DNA of 64,000 bases. It comes from Octopus vulgaris. Its lineage: Eukaryota. Position numbers and translations under genes: made by a program. Of this stretch, positions 39,701 through 53,872 are shown piece by piece (within the stretch, counting starts at the first letter, position 1; each line of letters opens with the position of its first letter). A model generated the notes under the pieces. It was not told the origin of the DNA and searched no databases. It worked only from the letters and a program-made list of their open reading frames with translations. The stretch lies in the NCBI GenBank assembly GCA_951406725.2, contig OX597817.1, positions 63,984,001 to 64,048,000 on the forward strand. The letters are read 5' to 3'.

Positions 39701-42700
39701 CATCTCACACTTTTGTGAAGGTACATGGCTCAGTGGTTAGAGCATCGGGCTCACAATCATGAAGTAGTGAGTTTAATTCCCAGACCAGAATCAAAGACAC
39801 ATTATTTCACATTGCTGCAGTTTACTCAGTTGTAGAAATGAGTTGCAACATCACTGGTGGCAAACTGTATCAGCCTTTGCCTTTCCCTTGGATAACATCA
39901 GTGGTATGGAGAGGAGAGGCTGGTATGTGCGGGCAACTGCTGGTATTCCATAAACAACCTTGCCCAGATTTGTGCCTTGGAGAGGAACTTTCTAGGTGCA
40001 ATCCCAAGGTCATTCCTGACCAAAGGGGGCCATTACTCTTTATTTATATATATATATATACAGAGATCCATAACTTTTGAAATTTAAAACAAAAGTTTTG
40101 GCAAAATACCCTGACCAAATAGCCCACAGGATAATGATCACCAACTTAATTAGGAACCTTAAACTCAACTTGACCTCTCCTTAAACATATATTGGATGAG
40201 TCACACACAAATTATTGATCAATATAAGTATTTAGAAAAGCTTAAAGAAGAGGATAAACCTGTTTGACTGTTACATGTTATTAATATATAATAGTTTCCT
40301 TTACCTTGCACAAGTCTAGTATTGTGGTGTTGTATCTGCACAAGTACACCTTGTCATTAGGCCATATATGTCATTCTCCAAACACCTTCATTTGTTTTGC
40401 CATTAATTTGAACCTTGCTTCAGACAGATTTACAGTAAAGAGTCACTGAAGACTGGTATAATTACCAGAACAAATCTTGCATCAATCCCTAATCTAACTA
40501 TATACAAGGCATATACACTGGTCCAAATTGATTTTGACTTAGACACCAGCCACTTTTGAACCCAAATTCATGTGAAAGAACTGATCAATTCTTCCAAGTA
40601 AATGCTGATCAAACAGCAAAGAATAAATAAACTTTAAAAGAATTATGGGTTTTTTTTTTTAGATTGGCAAGTAGCCCTGAGTGCATTACCCATGGACAAA
40701 ACGAAAGGTAGAATCTGAATTGAAAAAATAGTTCAGATTTTTTACCCATTATATTTCCCAATGAAAAATAAAATGAAACCAAAAATATAAAGGAAAAAGG
40801 TCAGAGATCAATGATGAATAGAAAGAATAAAGATAGTTTCCTATAGAAAGAAGATGAACTTACACTGAATCCAGAGATAACAATGATGGGGAGAGCAATC
40901 ATGACACCAACAGCAGCATCAGGAACAATGAAGGAGCCAACACGACCCATGATGGGAAGAAAGAACAGTAGTGATAAATGAGACATGTAGAGTGTCAAGA
41001 GAGTGGGCAGACAGAGTGCAACGAAGTGACCAGCCAACAGACGCAGTATATGACCTGAAAGATGTAACAGTTTTGTCAATGTATGAAGATGTCTGTGGAA
41101 ATGGTCAACAGAAATAACATATAACATATTATACAGCAAGGAGATAATCAAGACAGTTATAGAAAACAAACACATAAGACATATAGACACAGATTTAGAT
41201 AATTGTTGATACATTGTTGGACTGCCAGCCAAATTTATTGTCAACAGTAACTAACTTTCAGTGCCTGCTCACTCTACATTACAGATAATTATGGTAGGAT
41301 CAGATCTGGATTCAGGAAAACTGGTGATGACCAGTACAGTCAATAATTTAACATCTTAACTTCACTTGAGCCAATGTGTCAGCAATAATTAACTAGTAAG
41401 AAAACTAGTTAAGTCCAATCGTCATGAAGAGTGTAGAATCTAATGTTCTGGGCCTTGCCTTTCATCAGAAAATGAAGGTAACGGAGAAAGTGAGTTGTAA
41501 ATATGTTAATTATTCATTTATAAAATCCTCTTCTCAAGCATAAGGCTTAGATAATTCAGCTCCATTTAGCAATACTCTGTCCTTTACTTCTTATAAGATG
41601 CATTTCTTTCAGTTGGCCTTCAGCTGTTCTGCACCAGGTATTTTTGGGTAATCCAGGCTTTCATTTCCCAAGAGGTGCCCATTTCAATGCTATCTTTGGT
41701 ATATGTCTTGATCTATTCTGAAGGTATGCTTTATCCATCTGAGTCACTGGAGTTCTATTTCTAGAACCACAGTATTGCAAACAGTTTTGTAGTACAACTT
41801 CTCATTTGATATTTGTTGGAAAATGCAAGACATTTTCTTCAGTACCTATGGGGGAAAGCATTGATCTTCTGTTTTCTTTCACCACTCACTGGCTTTCTGA
41901 ATCATAGATTAGGACAGATTTGGTGAGTCCAATCGTAGATCCTACAACTCAAGTAACACCTCAACATTTTCCTTTGTTCTTCACAGAAATGAAGAACATG
42001 GGCCAAAATAATTAGACTCAACACTTCACACAACAATTCAACACATCCAATATTCTATTAAACTCTCATATAAATAGATACCATGGTATGGTGCTGATCA
42101 ACCTTGTGAGCAACAGAAACTGCATGAAATTAACAATTGCTCCATTAACTTGCAAGTGCTAAGTCAAACTCCTAATGTGAGAATATACATCTTGAGAAGG
42201 ATCAAATACCGTCAAACAGACATTCTGGATATACTCAAGATACATCTAGATGTACACTAGTTCTCATTGCTACCACAAAAACTCATAAGGGTCACATACC
42301 ATTACTATTATAGTTACATGGTGTAGCTATACTTTTTTTATTGGCATTATTGTTTTCTCCTTAATTAAACATTACATTTTGTCATTATTTATGTTTCCTC
42401 ATTAATTAGATGTTACGCTTCATTGTCGTCAAACAATGTGGGTCACTGTAAATTAAACATTATATTTTATCAAAAATTAATGTCAAAAGCAAAACATTAA
42501 TAAATCGATGTTTTACTATTAATTAAACATTATGTTCATTGCTAATTAAAAGTTATATTTCATCATTAATTAAACATGCTTCATTGTTAATTAAGCTTTA
42601 CATTTTGTTGTTAATAAAACACTGTTTCTTTGATGATTATTTCCTTGATAATTAAACATGTTTCATTATTAATTAAATATGTTTCATCATAAATTAATGT

Positions 42701-45700
42701 TTCATGATTAATTAACACTGTTTTGTTAAATTAAACACTATGTTGGATATATTTCTTTTGTCAAAGATTATTTTTTCTCATTAAAAATTACTTTTGAATG
42801 CTCACATGAAATAAAATGAAAATTCTTTTATTCCTCTTAACAATAAACAGTATAGAAAAAATAGTGAAAACAGCCCTTTAATCAGGTTAATTTACAAATC
42901 AATTATACAGAATTCAATAACACACAAGTGTTAGGTTTCACAGTAATGTAGTATGGTGTGACCTATGTTGCATTGTTAGCTCCCAAGTCAGCCTTCATCA
43001 AGCAGACATGTAAAAAAAAAGTGTACCAGCCATGAGTACCCCATTTATTTTTCAGACAGTTTATCATGGATTATATTATTCAATGCATGTTACACCTTTT
43101 TATAATACTGTAATGTGAGATGTGAGGGAAATTTCAATACTATTTCAAGCTAGCTGAGTAGTCAGATGAGGATACTTTTGATGATTTATGGTGCATAACA
43201 TGTGATGTGATATAAAGCAGTGTACGTAGTGTGGTGGGAAGTGGTCTGGTATTATCAAGTGTGATAAAGAGTGATATAGTATAATGTGATATGATGGGAT
43301 ATGGTATAGTGTGTTACAGTGTATCAGTGTGGCATGGTGTGATGTCACATTAATCTTTCAGCAAGGCAGAACTAAGGAAATGAACTTACGTACTTAACTT
43401 TTACCTCACAGTGTTTATAGCAGGCATTAATCTCATGATTGTATAGTCAATAGTTTATCAACTTAACCTCATTTGTGTATTCTTTTTATTTTTAATTTTA
43501 CTAGTTTTAATTGCTGGACTGGGGCCTCACTAGGGCACTGCCTTCATGAACTGAGTTAACTAAATATATATTTACCCTCATACTGTTAGACAAGTACTTA
43601 TTTTCTCAACTTCAGAAGGATGAAAGGCAAAGACAACTTGGATAGGATCTGAACTTAAAACAAGAAGATAGAATCAAATACCACACAGGATTTTGCCCAC
43701 CATTCTAATGATTTTGCCATCCAACTGCTCATATGTATGCATGCATTTAAGAATGACCCCCCCCCACACACACACACACACACTTCTTTGACAACCTCCT
43801 GACAACTTCAAACCATTAGTATTGGTCACCATCATTAAACACATCCACTCAGTAATTTACCAAGGAAGTATTGAAGTATTAGTGAAAAAGTTAGAGGTAC
43901 ATTATCAAAGAATAAACAAGAAAATTAAACAGTGCCTGTAATAAACAACTAATATGACTTTATCAAAGTGTAACAGTGTCTGATTTTAATAAATGGTTTT
44001 TAGCTCAAAAATGTATGGGGAAATATTGAAGAAGTTTAAAGCATTAATTTGATAAGAAATTAGGGTGACTCACCTTTGATGCAGGGTCTGAACAGTCTAA
44101 AAAGAAGTGAGAACAGCAACCAAGCTGAGAGAAGATAAGCTGAACCAACATTGTAGTAGGTAAGTAATGCCAATAGACTGGACCATACCACAACATTGGC
44201 ATCATAGTATAACTTTTCCAAGGTGAAGAGGTTTTCATTCTGGGAGAGAGAGAGAGAGTGAGAAAGTGAAATATATTTGTCGGTGCCAATCAGAAAGTCT
44301 TAACATGAAGAACAGAAGGGAATTCATTACCATCATCATCATTTTAATGTCCACTTTTCCATGCTTGCATGGATCAGAACAAATTTATTGATGGAGATTT
44401 TCTATGGCCAGATGCCCTTGCTATCACTAACTCTCACCTGCTTCCAAGCAAGGTAATATGTCCTCATTGTCAGAACATGAGCTCAGTGTGATCATATTGA
44501 CTCCAGTATTTGACTGAGGCTGATAGTTTATTTTAGAGGATGAAAGGCAAAGTTGTTTTCCAATACCACCATGGTTAACTTCATCTATCATGCTTAAGAA
44601 GAAAGCAGGTATCAATAAAATAGAGTACCAGTCAAGTACTGGGATCCATTTAACCAACAGTGTTGCTTCCAAAAATATTTGTAGCCTCATGCAAATGTTA
44701 GAAATCATTACTATTGTAAATAACAAAAATAATAATTATTATCATTTTCATGTTCACTTTTCCATGCTTTTTTGGTTCAGACAGAATTCACTGAAGCAGA
44801 TTTCCTATAGCTCAATGCCCTCTGTGTCACCAACTCTCACCAGTTTCCAAGAATGAAAAGACCAGAAACGAATGATACAACTTGTATGAGGTGATACTTT
44901 TTAGAACTCTCACACAATGTCAAGACAATGAGATAGACACACACATATATATAAATCCTTTGTGTACAATTATATTTACATAAAAAGCTCTCATACCAGT
45001 GCCACGTAAAAGCAATCATGCAGGTGCCATGTAAAAAGCACTCAGAACAATCTGTAAAATGGAAGGACATACAGCAGTAGAAACCAAGTCAAATCAGACT
45101 GGAACCTGGTATAGCTCTCCTGCTTGTCAGCTTTGGTCAAACTGTCCAAACCATGCTAGCATGGAAAACAGACATGATATGATGATGATGACAATGATAA
45201 AGGCTTTGATTAGCCTGGGGAAATAGCTGAAGATGCTTACCAAAGGTGTCACACTGTAGGGTGCAATGCAAAGCCATACTTCTTAATCATAGAGCTATAC
45301 CTGCACCTATTAATAATCATCATTATCATCACTTAACATCTGCTTTCCATGCTAGCATGGGTTGGATGATTTGACATGGAGCTGGCTAGCAGGGAGCTGT
45401 CCAGATACCAACTGTCTGTTGTGGCATGGTTTCTATGGCTAGATGTTCTTCCTAAAGCCAACCACTTATTAATAATAAGATAGTAATTCTTTCTATAGGC
45501 ACAAAGCCAGTATTGATGAGGGGAGGCTGATTACATTAACCCCAGTACTTGACTGGTACTTTATTTTATTGATCTCCAAAGGGATGACAGGCAAAGCTGA
45601 CCTTGGCAAGATTTGAGCTCAAAATATAAAGAGCCAAAAGAAATGCTGCCAAGCATTTTGTCCAATATGCAAATGATCCTACTAAATCATTGCCTTACAT

Positions 45701-45851
45701 CAACCTCAGTGTTTTACTGGTATTTAATTTATTTCCCCCAAAAGGATAAAAGGCAAAGTTGATCTCAGCGGAATTTGAACTCAGAACATAGTGACAGGTG
45801 AAATACTGCTAAGCATTTTGTCCAGCATGCTAACTATGCTAGCTTGCCACC

Positions 45852-45888
<37 letters not shown>

Positions 45889-48800
45889 TGATGATGATTT
45901 CAAATTTTGGCAAAAGGCTAGTAATTTCAGGACAAGGGCCAAGTTGATTACATCAACACCAGTACTCAACTGGTACTTATTTTATTGACTTCAAAAGGAT
46001 GACAGAGTCAACTACAGCAGAACTTGAACTCAGAACATAAAGACAGACAATGCTAAGCATTTTGCCTGGTGTGCTAATAATTCTGCCAACTTTCTGCCTT
46101 CCTTTTAAACATTAAGTGATATCACTACCACTATTATTATCATATTATTGGTTTTAGATATTGGCACAAGACCAGCAAGTTCCAGAAAGGGGAAAATCAA
46201 ATACATCAATGCCAGTGCTCAACTGGTACTTTATTTTATTTTATCTTTCATCCTCAAAAGGATAAAAGGTAAAATCGAACCCGATGGCATCTGAACTCAG
46301 AACATAAAGACAGACGAAATACCACCAAGCATTTTGCCCAGCATGATGATTCTGCCAGCTGCAGCCTTAAAAATGATAATAACAATAACCTTGAATTCAA
46401 TTATAAATTCAGCAATTCTAATAGAGCCATCCTTACTGCAGAGCCTTGAGGACACTAACACAAAGATACATTGACACATCAATACAAAAGATATACAAAA
46501 ACAAATAAAATAAATAAATCAATAATTACATAAAAGAATATAGTAGAATAACTTTGCTTACTTTATAGAGAAAGTGCTTTGTACAAATCAATACAAACAG
46601 TGCCACCGTTAAAGCCGGAATAACAAACACCCAGATGATGTTGGTGGAATGGTTGTACCAAGACATAGCATGATCAGATCTGTCAAGCACGAAAGCAGAT
46701 GCCAGCATGGTGGCCACTATAGAGATCCACATAACAAATAGTGCCAAAACTGCCACAAATAACTGTAACAAAGACTTCCGTGATGATTTACCTAAAAAAA
46801 GTAAAAATAAAGAAAAGTAAAAAAAAAAAAGAAAGGATGTGTTTCAAGTGATGACAAAGTGAGTTACGTTTCACTGTCACCATCACCACTTTTGAAATCT
46901 ACTTTTCCATGCATGCATGGTTCAGACAGAATTTGTTTAGGCAGATTTTCTACAGCCAGGTGCCCTTCCTGTTGCAAATCTTTACCTGTTTCCAAGAAAG
47001 GTAATACTTCCTCCCATGGCTGGACATGTTTTCACAGAAGTTTGGATATGAAAGACACCGCTTGTATGATGATGATGCTTACTTACAACAACAACTTGAT
47101 GACAAGACAAGGAAACACCAACTCACACACAAACACACACTTACATACATAGACACACACACAAACATCTATATATATAAACGGCAAAATGTCTGTGTGA
47201 GTGTGTCCTTTAAACAAATCCACAATTTTTCAGTTAGAGGGCTCGCACTTTCTATGGTCACTCAAAACTGTCCAAGGGTGGTCGTGCACATTTTTGCATT
47301 TCTCCAGGCACCCCGCAAAGCCATTAAAAAATCAATAGAAGTGACTTTTTTGTGAATTTTCTATCCAAAACCCAATCAAAATGCCCGAAACTTGATATGC
47401 CAATTGAATGCCAGTTAGCTGTATGTGATTGGTCGGAGATTTGGACAGTACTCGTGTGTATGTGTGCACGCACGCAGCTGTATATGCATGCACTAGCATT
47501 ATGACCCAGCGTTACCGGGTCATAGTGCTAGTTTATATATAATCACACACACACATACATTCATACACAATGGCCTTCTTTCAGTTTCCGCCTACTAAAT
47601 GCACTCAATTCACAAGACTTTGATTTGCTGAGAGCTATAGTATAAGACATTCACCCAAGTGTCTTTTAAAAGACACTGAGAGGTGAAAGGAGAGGAGATG
47701 AAATACTAATACAGTGAAGGGGAAGTAGTGAGAGTAATAGCCATGGCTGAGAGGGAGTGAGAGAAAGTAATGACAATGAGAAAGATGAAATAAAGTGACA
47801 AAGAGAGCACCATATGAATGAGAAAGGAAGGAGTGATAGATGAATAACGAGGAAACGAGTGAAAAAGCCGGTAAACAGTGTTTGAAGTGTGAGTATATGT
47901 GTGTGTAAAAGAGATGTATGTTTGCATGTGTGCATGTGTGTGTATACAATGGAAATGGGATGGTAATGTTCAATGCTGAAAATGTGTGAGTATATATGTG
48001 TATGTGTGTGCATGTACAAGAGAACTATGTGAAACTTTATATATACATGTAAAGTAAAAAAAAAATCGGAAAAATAATCCAGAATCCTTGTCCAGTACCG
48101 GATCAATCTCAATATTTAATTTGACCGTGCCAGTCGCAAGACCAAACATTCCCGAAAGTTTCATCTGAATCCATCCAGCGATTCTTGAGATATCTTGTCC
48201 ACAGACAAACAAACAAACACGACTGAAAACAATACCTCCGTCTTCACTAAGGTGGAGATAATAATAACAATAACAAAAGCAACAAAATAATTTGAAATAA
48301 AATAAATTTCTGGAAAGAAAAAGAAAAACACTCACCTTTAGAACTGTTGCCATAAAAAAGATAACTTTTAGCAATAAGTAACAGACTGCACACTACAATG
48401 ACAATGTTCAAGATTGCTGCTATTCGTTTAGGGTAAACAAACATATAAAAACCCAGCACATCATAAAATACCATGTTGCCATGACGATCAGCACCTGGGT
48501 CAGCTAGTTTTGGTGTGGAGGCTATTGTTTCCAACAGGTTTTTCAAATTTTCACCTTGAAAATAACAACAAAAATGGTGAGAATATTTTAGCTTACACAC
48601 ACACACATTCACATATATATATATATATATATACATACACACATACATATATACATATATGCACACACACACACACATATATACATGTATTTTTACTTCA
48701 TTTTGCCAATCAAAACTAATGACAGCATTAATCCAAGACATTCATCCTCTTCTGCATCCAGCACATTGTTTCTCATGGGAACAGATGTGGCTGACAAGAC

Positions 48801-49954
48801 TAAGATGAGACAGGCAGATCCTGTAGCACTGAGGGCACTGAAAATGACCCCAAACAACAACCACAGGGAGGTTGATGACAACATCTCTTTGTCTCTTCAT
48901 GCAGTCTCCAGCATCACATACAGACCTTCATGCCTTCTGATTAACAGCCAGGCTCCATCCGAGTGGGAGGGACGCCACATAAAACAAGAAACTGCTCAAG
49001 ATGGTCATGAAAACGAAGTTTTGGGCCTCCATGCAGCCTATTTCTAGCCTCAATCTTGCTGAACAGGACCAGCTTTGGGAGCTGGTTACTCAGCATTCGA
49101 ATGACATGTCCAACTCAATAGAGAAGACAATAAAGGATACAGACCTCAATTCTGTAGCATTTTGGTATGAGGCACCTTGTCCTTTCACAGGAGACTGAGG
49201 ATACCTTGTAGACATACAAATGTGTGTGTGTGTGTGTAAGTGAGTGAGTGTGGTTGTGTTTCCTTGTCTTAACATCAAGTGATAGTTGTAAATGAGTGTC
49301 ACTATCATATAAGCAGCGTCATTCATTTCCAGTATTCTGCAAGAATGTGTCTGGCCATGGGAAAATATTGACTTAAAAGTAAGTGAGGGTTGGCAAAAGG
49401 AAGGACATCAGGTTGTAGAAAATCTGCCTCATATAAACTCCATTTGACCCATGCAAGCATGGAAAAGTAGATATTAAATGATGATGATGATTTAATTTAT
49501 AGATAAGGTGTATAAATAAGAAATATTTGGATATATTTACAATGGCCAATGCTGCTGTCATGTAACTGGTACCCATGCCAGTGGCACATGAAGAGCACCT
49601 TTCAAGTGTTGGGCCTCACAGAGGCAAAGTGACTGAGTTCTTTTCGAGCACTGGGCCTTACAAGGGCAATGACTGAGACCTCTGGCATTATGTCATGCTT
49701 GAGAAGAAGACCGATCAAGATGAGCAAAATCATAGTTGTGGCAGATACGGGAGTCACGCAAATAGCACCCATGCTGGTGGCATGTAAAAGCACCCATTGC
49801 ACTCTCAGAGTGGTTGGCATTAGGAAAGGCATCCAGCCATAGAAAACCATGCCAAATGAGACTGGAGTCTGGTGCAGCCTTCCAGTTTACCAGTTCCGGT
49901 CAAAATGTCCAATCCATGCCAGTATGGACAATAGATATTAAATGATGATGATGA

Positions 49955-50004
<50 letters not shown>

Positions 50005-53000
50005 ATGTGTGTGTGTGTGTGTGTGTGTGTATGTATATAAGTATATGTATGTTTATACATGTGTGTGTATGTGTATACAGGGCGCAATGGGTAAATTGTC
50101 GCCATTTAATATTTTCAATTTCACACATGTGCATTGTTTGTTTCTGATTCTGTTGACTACACAGTATTGTAGGGTTAGTTGGGAACATCTGTGAGAAAAA
50201 CAACACCAGGACACAATTCACTCTGCCAGAAATTTTGAAACAACATGCTGTACTGCTTGGCATTTGTGCCGGAAGCTCCAATACAAACATTTCAGAGTGT
50301 TTAGGTGTCAATCTGAGGACATGTACCAAAATGGATAAAAATCAAACATCCAATCAACATCATAGTGTTTGGAGTGATCACTAGTGATGGCGACATTATG
50401 CCTCTGTTCATCTTCCCACATGGCCTCAGACTCAACACAGAGGCCTACACCAAATGCCTGGAGGAGGTAGTGCTGCCCTGGGTCAAGAGGGTGGCTGCTG
50501 AAAGACCCTATGTTTTGGCAACAGGATTCTGCACCATGCCACACAAGCAGGAGAACCCAGTCATGGCTGTCAGACAATTTTTGCGGCCACATCACTCCTA
50601 ACATCTGGCCACCTAACTCCTCAGACAGCAACACCCTTGATTATTATGTGTGGGGCACAGTTGAGCAAGAGACCAACAAAACTTCTTGTAACACCAAAGC
50701 ATTTGGCCAAATTTGGACATGTGACAGTTTAACATAATAGCAATGATATATATATATATGTGTTAGTTAGTTAATTTGGCTCAAAAGCAAATAGCAAGGC
50801 CATGTAGGGAGACATGGAGTTAAGTACAGGGTGGTGTTCATGTAAAGAGTTCAATGTGACAGTTTAATATAATAGCAATGATATATATATATATATATAT
50901 CATCATCATTATCATCGTTTTATGTCCACTTTCCATGCTGGCATGGGTTGGACGGTTTGACTGAGGACTGGTGAGCCAGAGGCTGCACCAGGCTCAACCC
51001 AGGTTCGAAATTTCCCCAAGACACCTGATGAAGGCTGGAGGATGTATCAGCCGAAACGTTGTGTTAACAACAAACAAGATGAGGACAAATATCCATTAAA
51101 TGTAAATAATGTAAAAAAAAAAAACAAAGTTATATACATTTATTAATTATAGCCTTACAGCTGTTTTAGATATGCATCAGGATGCATTCATGATTCAATT
51201 TTATCAATCGATTTTTGAATTACATAGAGTATAAAAGTGATCACAAGACTTTTTGTTAGCCTGGTGTAATTTTATCTGTAGAGAGCTTAGGAAGTATTTC
51301 ACCTGAATTATTAATCCCTTAACAATTCCTCTTTGTTTTGATATATATATATATATATATTAGTTTCCTTTCCTGTTTAGGTAAGATCAACAAAAAAAGT
51401 ACTCCTGCTGGTGAGAGATAAATATCGTTTAATGTACATTTGAAATATTGTTTAAGGTACATAAATATCATTTTATGAGTTTCTAATGTATGAAACTAGA
51501 AGTAGCTCATAACTACATACCATGTACACATAACGATCAATAAATATGTACATTTATATTCTATAGCAAGTCACTTATGCCTATCCCTCTATCATACCAT
51601 AAAGCCACCTCCCCATCTACTACAATCCCACTCAGTTAAGAAGAGCTCCTTTTTCCTGTCTTGCAAGTTACTAAGCAACCTCGTTAATAGTGGTGTTGCA
51701 AAAAAAGCATCCGGTTCAGTCTGTAAAGTGACTCACATTAGGAAAGGTATCCAACCATCTCTGGTTCTCTACATTCTGGCTCAAAAAATATATATATGTG
51801 TGTTTTTTGCAACACCTGTCTTAGCAAGGTTGCCAAGAAACTTGTAAGACAAGAAAAAGGAGACCTTCTTAACTGAGTGGGGTTGTAGTAGATGGTGAGG
51901 TGGCTTTATGCCAAGTTATGAGGCTAAAGTATGATAGAGGGATATATATATATATATATATAAATATATATATATATAGGGTGTCCCAAAAAAATGTATA
52001 CGCATTTTAGCAGCTGATAACTCAATTGATGATTTTTTTCTTTCAAGATGAAACCCATTGGAATTAATGATGGCAGTCAGACTAAGCTTTGAACAAAGAA
52101 AATTCATTCTAAAATGCTACTGGAAGTGTGAAAATGCATTTGAAGTGCAAAGACAGTTTAGGAGGGTGCTTCAAACAGATCCACCAATGTAACTTACCAT
52201 CACTCAAATTAAAGAGGAGTTTGAAGCTGATGCAACTGTTCAGAATGTCCATGAGAAACATTCGAGAAGACCATGAACATCGGCAATCCCAACAAAGCAA
52301 GAAGGAGTGCTGGAAGCGTATCACCAAAGTCCAAGAAAATCTGTGCAGCAAGTGAGTCATGAGGTAGGTATTTCAAAATCATCTGTCCAACGCATTTTGA
52401 AGTGTTGTCAATGGTAAAGCTACATTCCGAGATTAGTCCATGCTACTAATGACGATGATCCAGACCGAAGAGTGCAGTATTGAGAGTGGTACATGGCACG
52501 ATGTGTAGAAGATGCACACTTTCCAACAAAGATTGTTTGGAGTGATGAGGCCACATTCAAATTGAATGGTTCAATTAACCATCACAATTGAGAATCCGCA
52601 TGTTACGGTGGAACATGTTAATTTACCAGGAGTTACAGTGTGGTGTGGCTTATCATCAAGAGCATTAATTGGACAATTCTTTTTTGATGCTATTGTGACT
52701 GGTCCCATTTACTTGAACATGTTGCAACAGTCTGTCATACCAAGCATTAGAGAAGACTTTGAAGATGAGGAGTTTTATTTTCAGCAAGATGGAAACACCA
52801 CCCCCACTACCATCACAATGTTAGATCCTTCTTTGATGAGATCTTGTCAAACAGGTGGATTGGACGAAGGAGTTACGTTAGGGTTAAATATATTTAACAT
52901 TAATTAATTTATTCTGGGCATACTCTTTTACTTGTTTCAGTCATTTGACTGCGGCCATGCTGGAGCACCGCCTTTAGTCGAGCAAATCGACCCCAGGACT

Positions 53001-53129
53001 TATTCTTTGTAAGCCCAGTACTTATTCTATCAGTCTCTTTTGCTGAATCACTAAGTGACGGGGATGTAAACACACCAGCATCGGTTGTCAAGCAATGCTA
53101 GAGGGACAAACACAGACACACAAACATAT

Positions 53130-53176
<47 letters not shown>

Positions 53177-53828
53177 TACGACAGGCTTCTTTCAGTTTCC
53201 GTCTACCAAATCCACTCACAAGGCTTTGGTCGGCCCGAGGCTATAGCAGAAGACACTTGCCCAAGATGCCATACAGTGGGACTGAACCCGGAACCATGTG
53301 GTTGGTTAGCAAGCTACTGCGCCTATGTGGCATGTATGTTTTAAACTAATATTTATTTTGTTTTAAGGTTTTCTTTGATTTTACACAATATGATATTTTA
53401 AAAAAACCGTTAGCTGAAATGATATATATATCTTTTACTCTTTTACTTGTTTCAGTCACTTGACTGAGGCCATGCTGGAGCACCGCCTTTGGTCAAGCAA
53501 ATCGACCCCAGGACTTATTCTTTGGAAGCCTTGTACTTATTCTATCAGTCTCTTTTGCCAAACCGCTAAGTGACAGGGACGTAAACAGACCAACATTGGT
53601 TGTCAAGCAATGCTAGGGGGATGAACACAGACACACAAATATACACACACATATATATACATATATACGATGGGCTTCTTTCAGTTTCCGTCTACCAAAT
53701 CCACTCACAAGGCTTTGGTCGACCCGAGGTTATAGTAAAAAACACTTGTCCATGATGCCACGCAGTGAGACTGAACCCGGAACCATGTGGTTCGTAAGCA
53801 AGCTACTTACTACACAGCCACTCCTGTG

Positions 53829-53872
<44 letters not shown>

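Noticed and set aside
39584-39702. Functional 5S rRNA gene
   Set aside because: Single intronic copy with many substitutions, including in box C; not in an array.
48685-49200. ORFs of 120 and 65 aa on the plus strand
   Set aside because: No recognisable domain or splice support; probably a repeat remnant.
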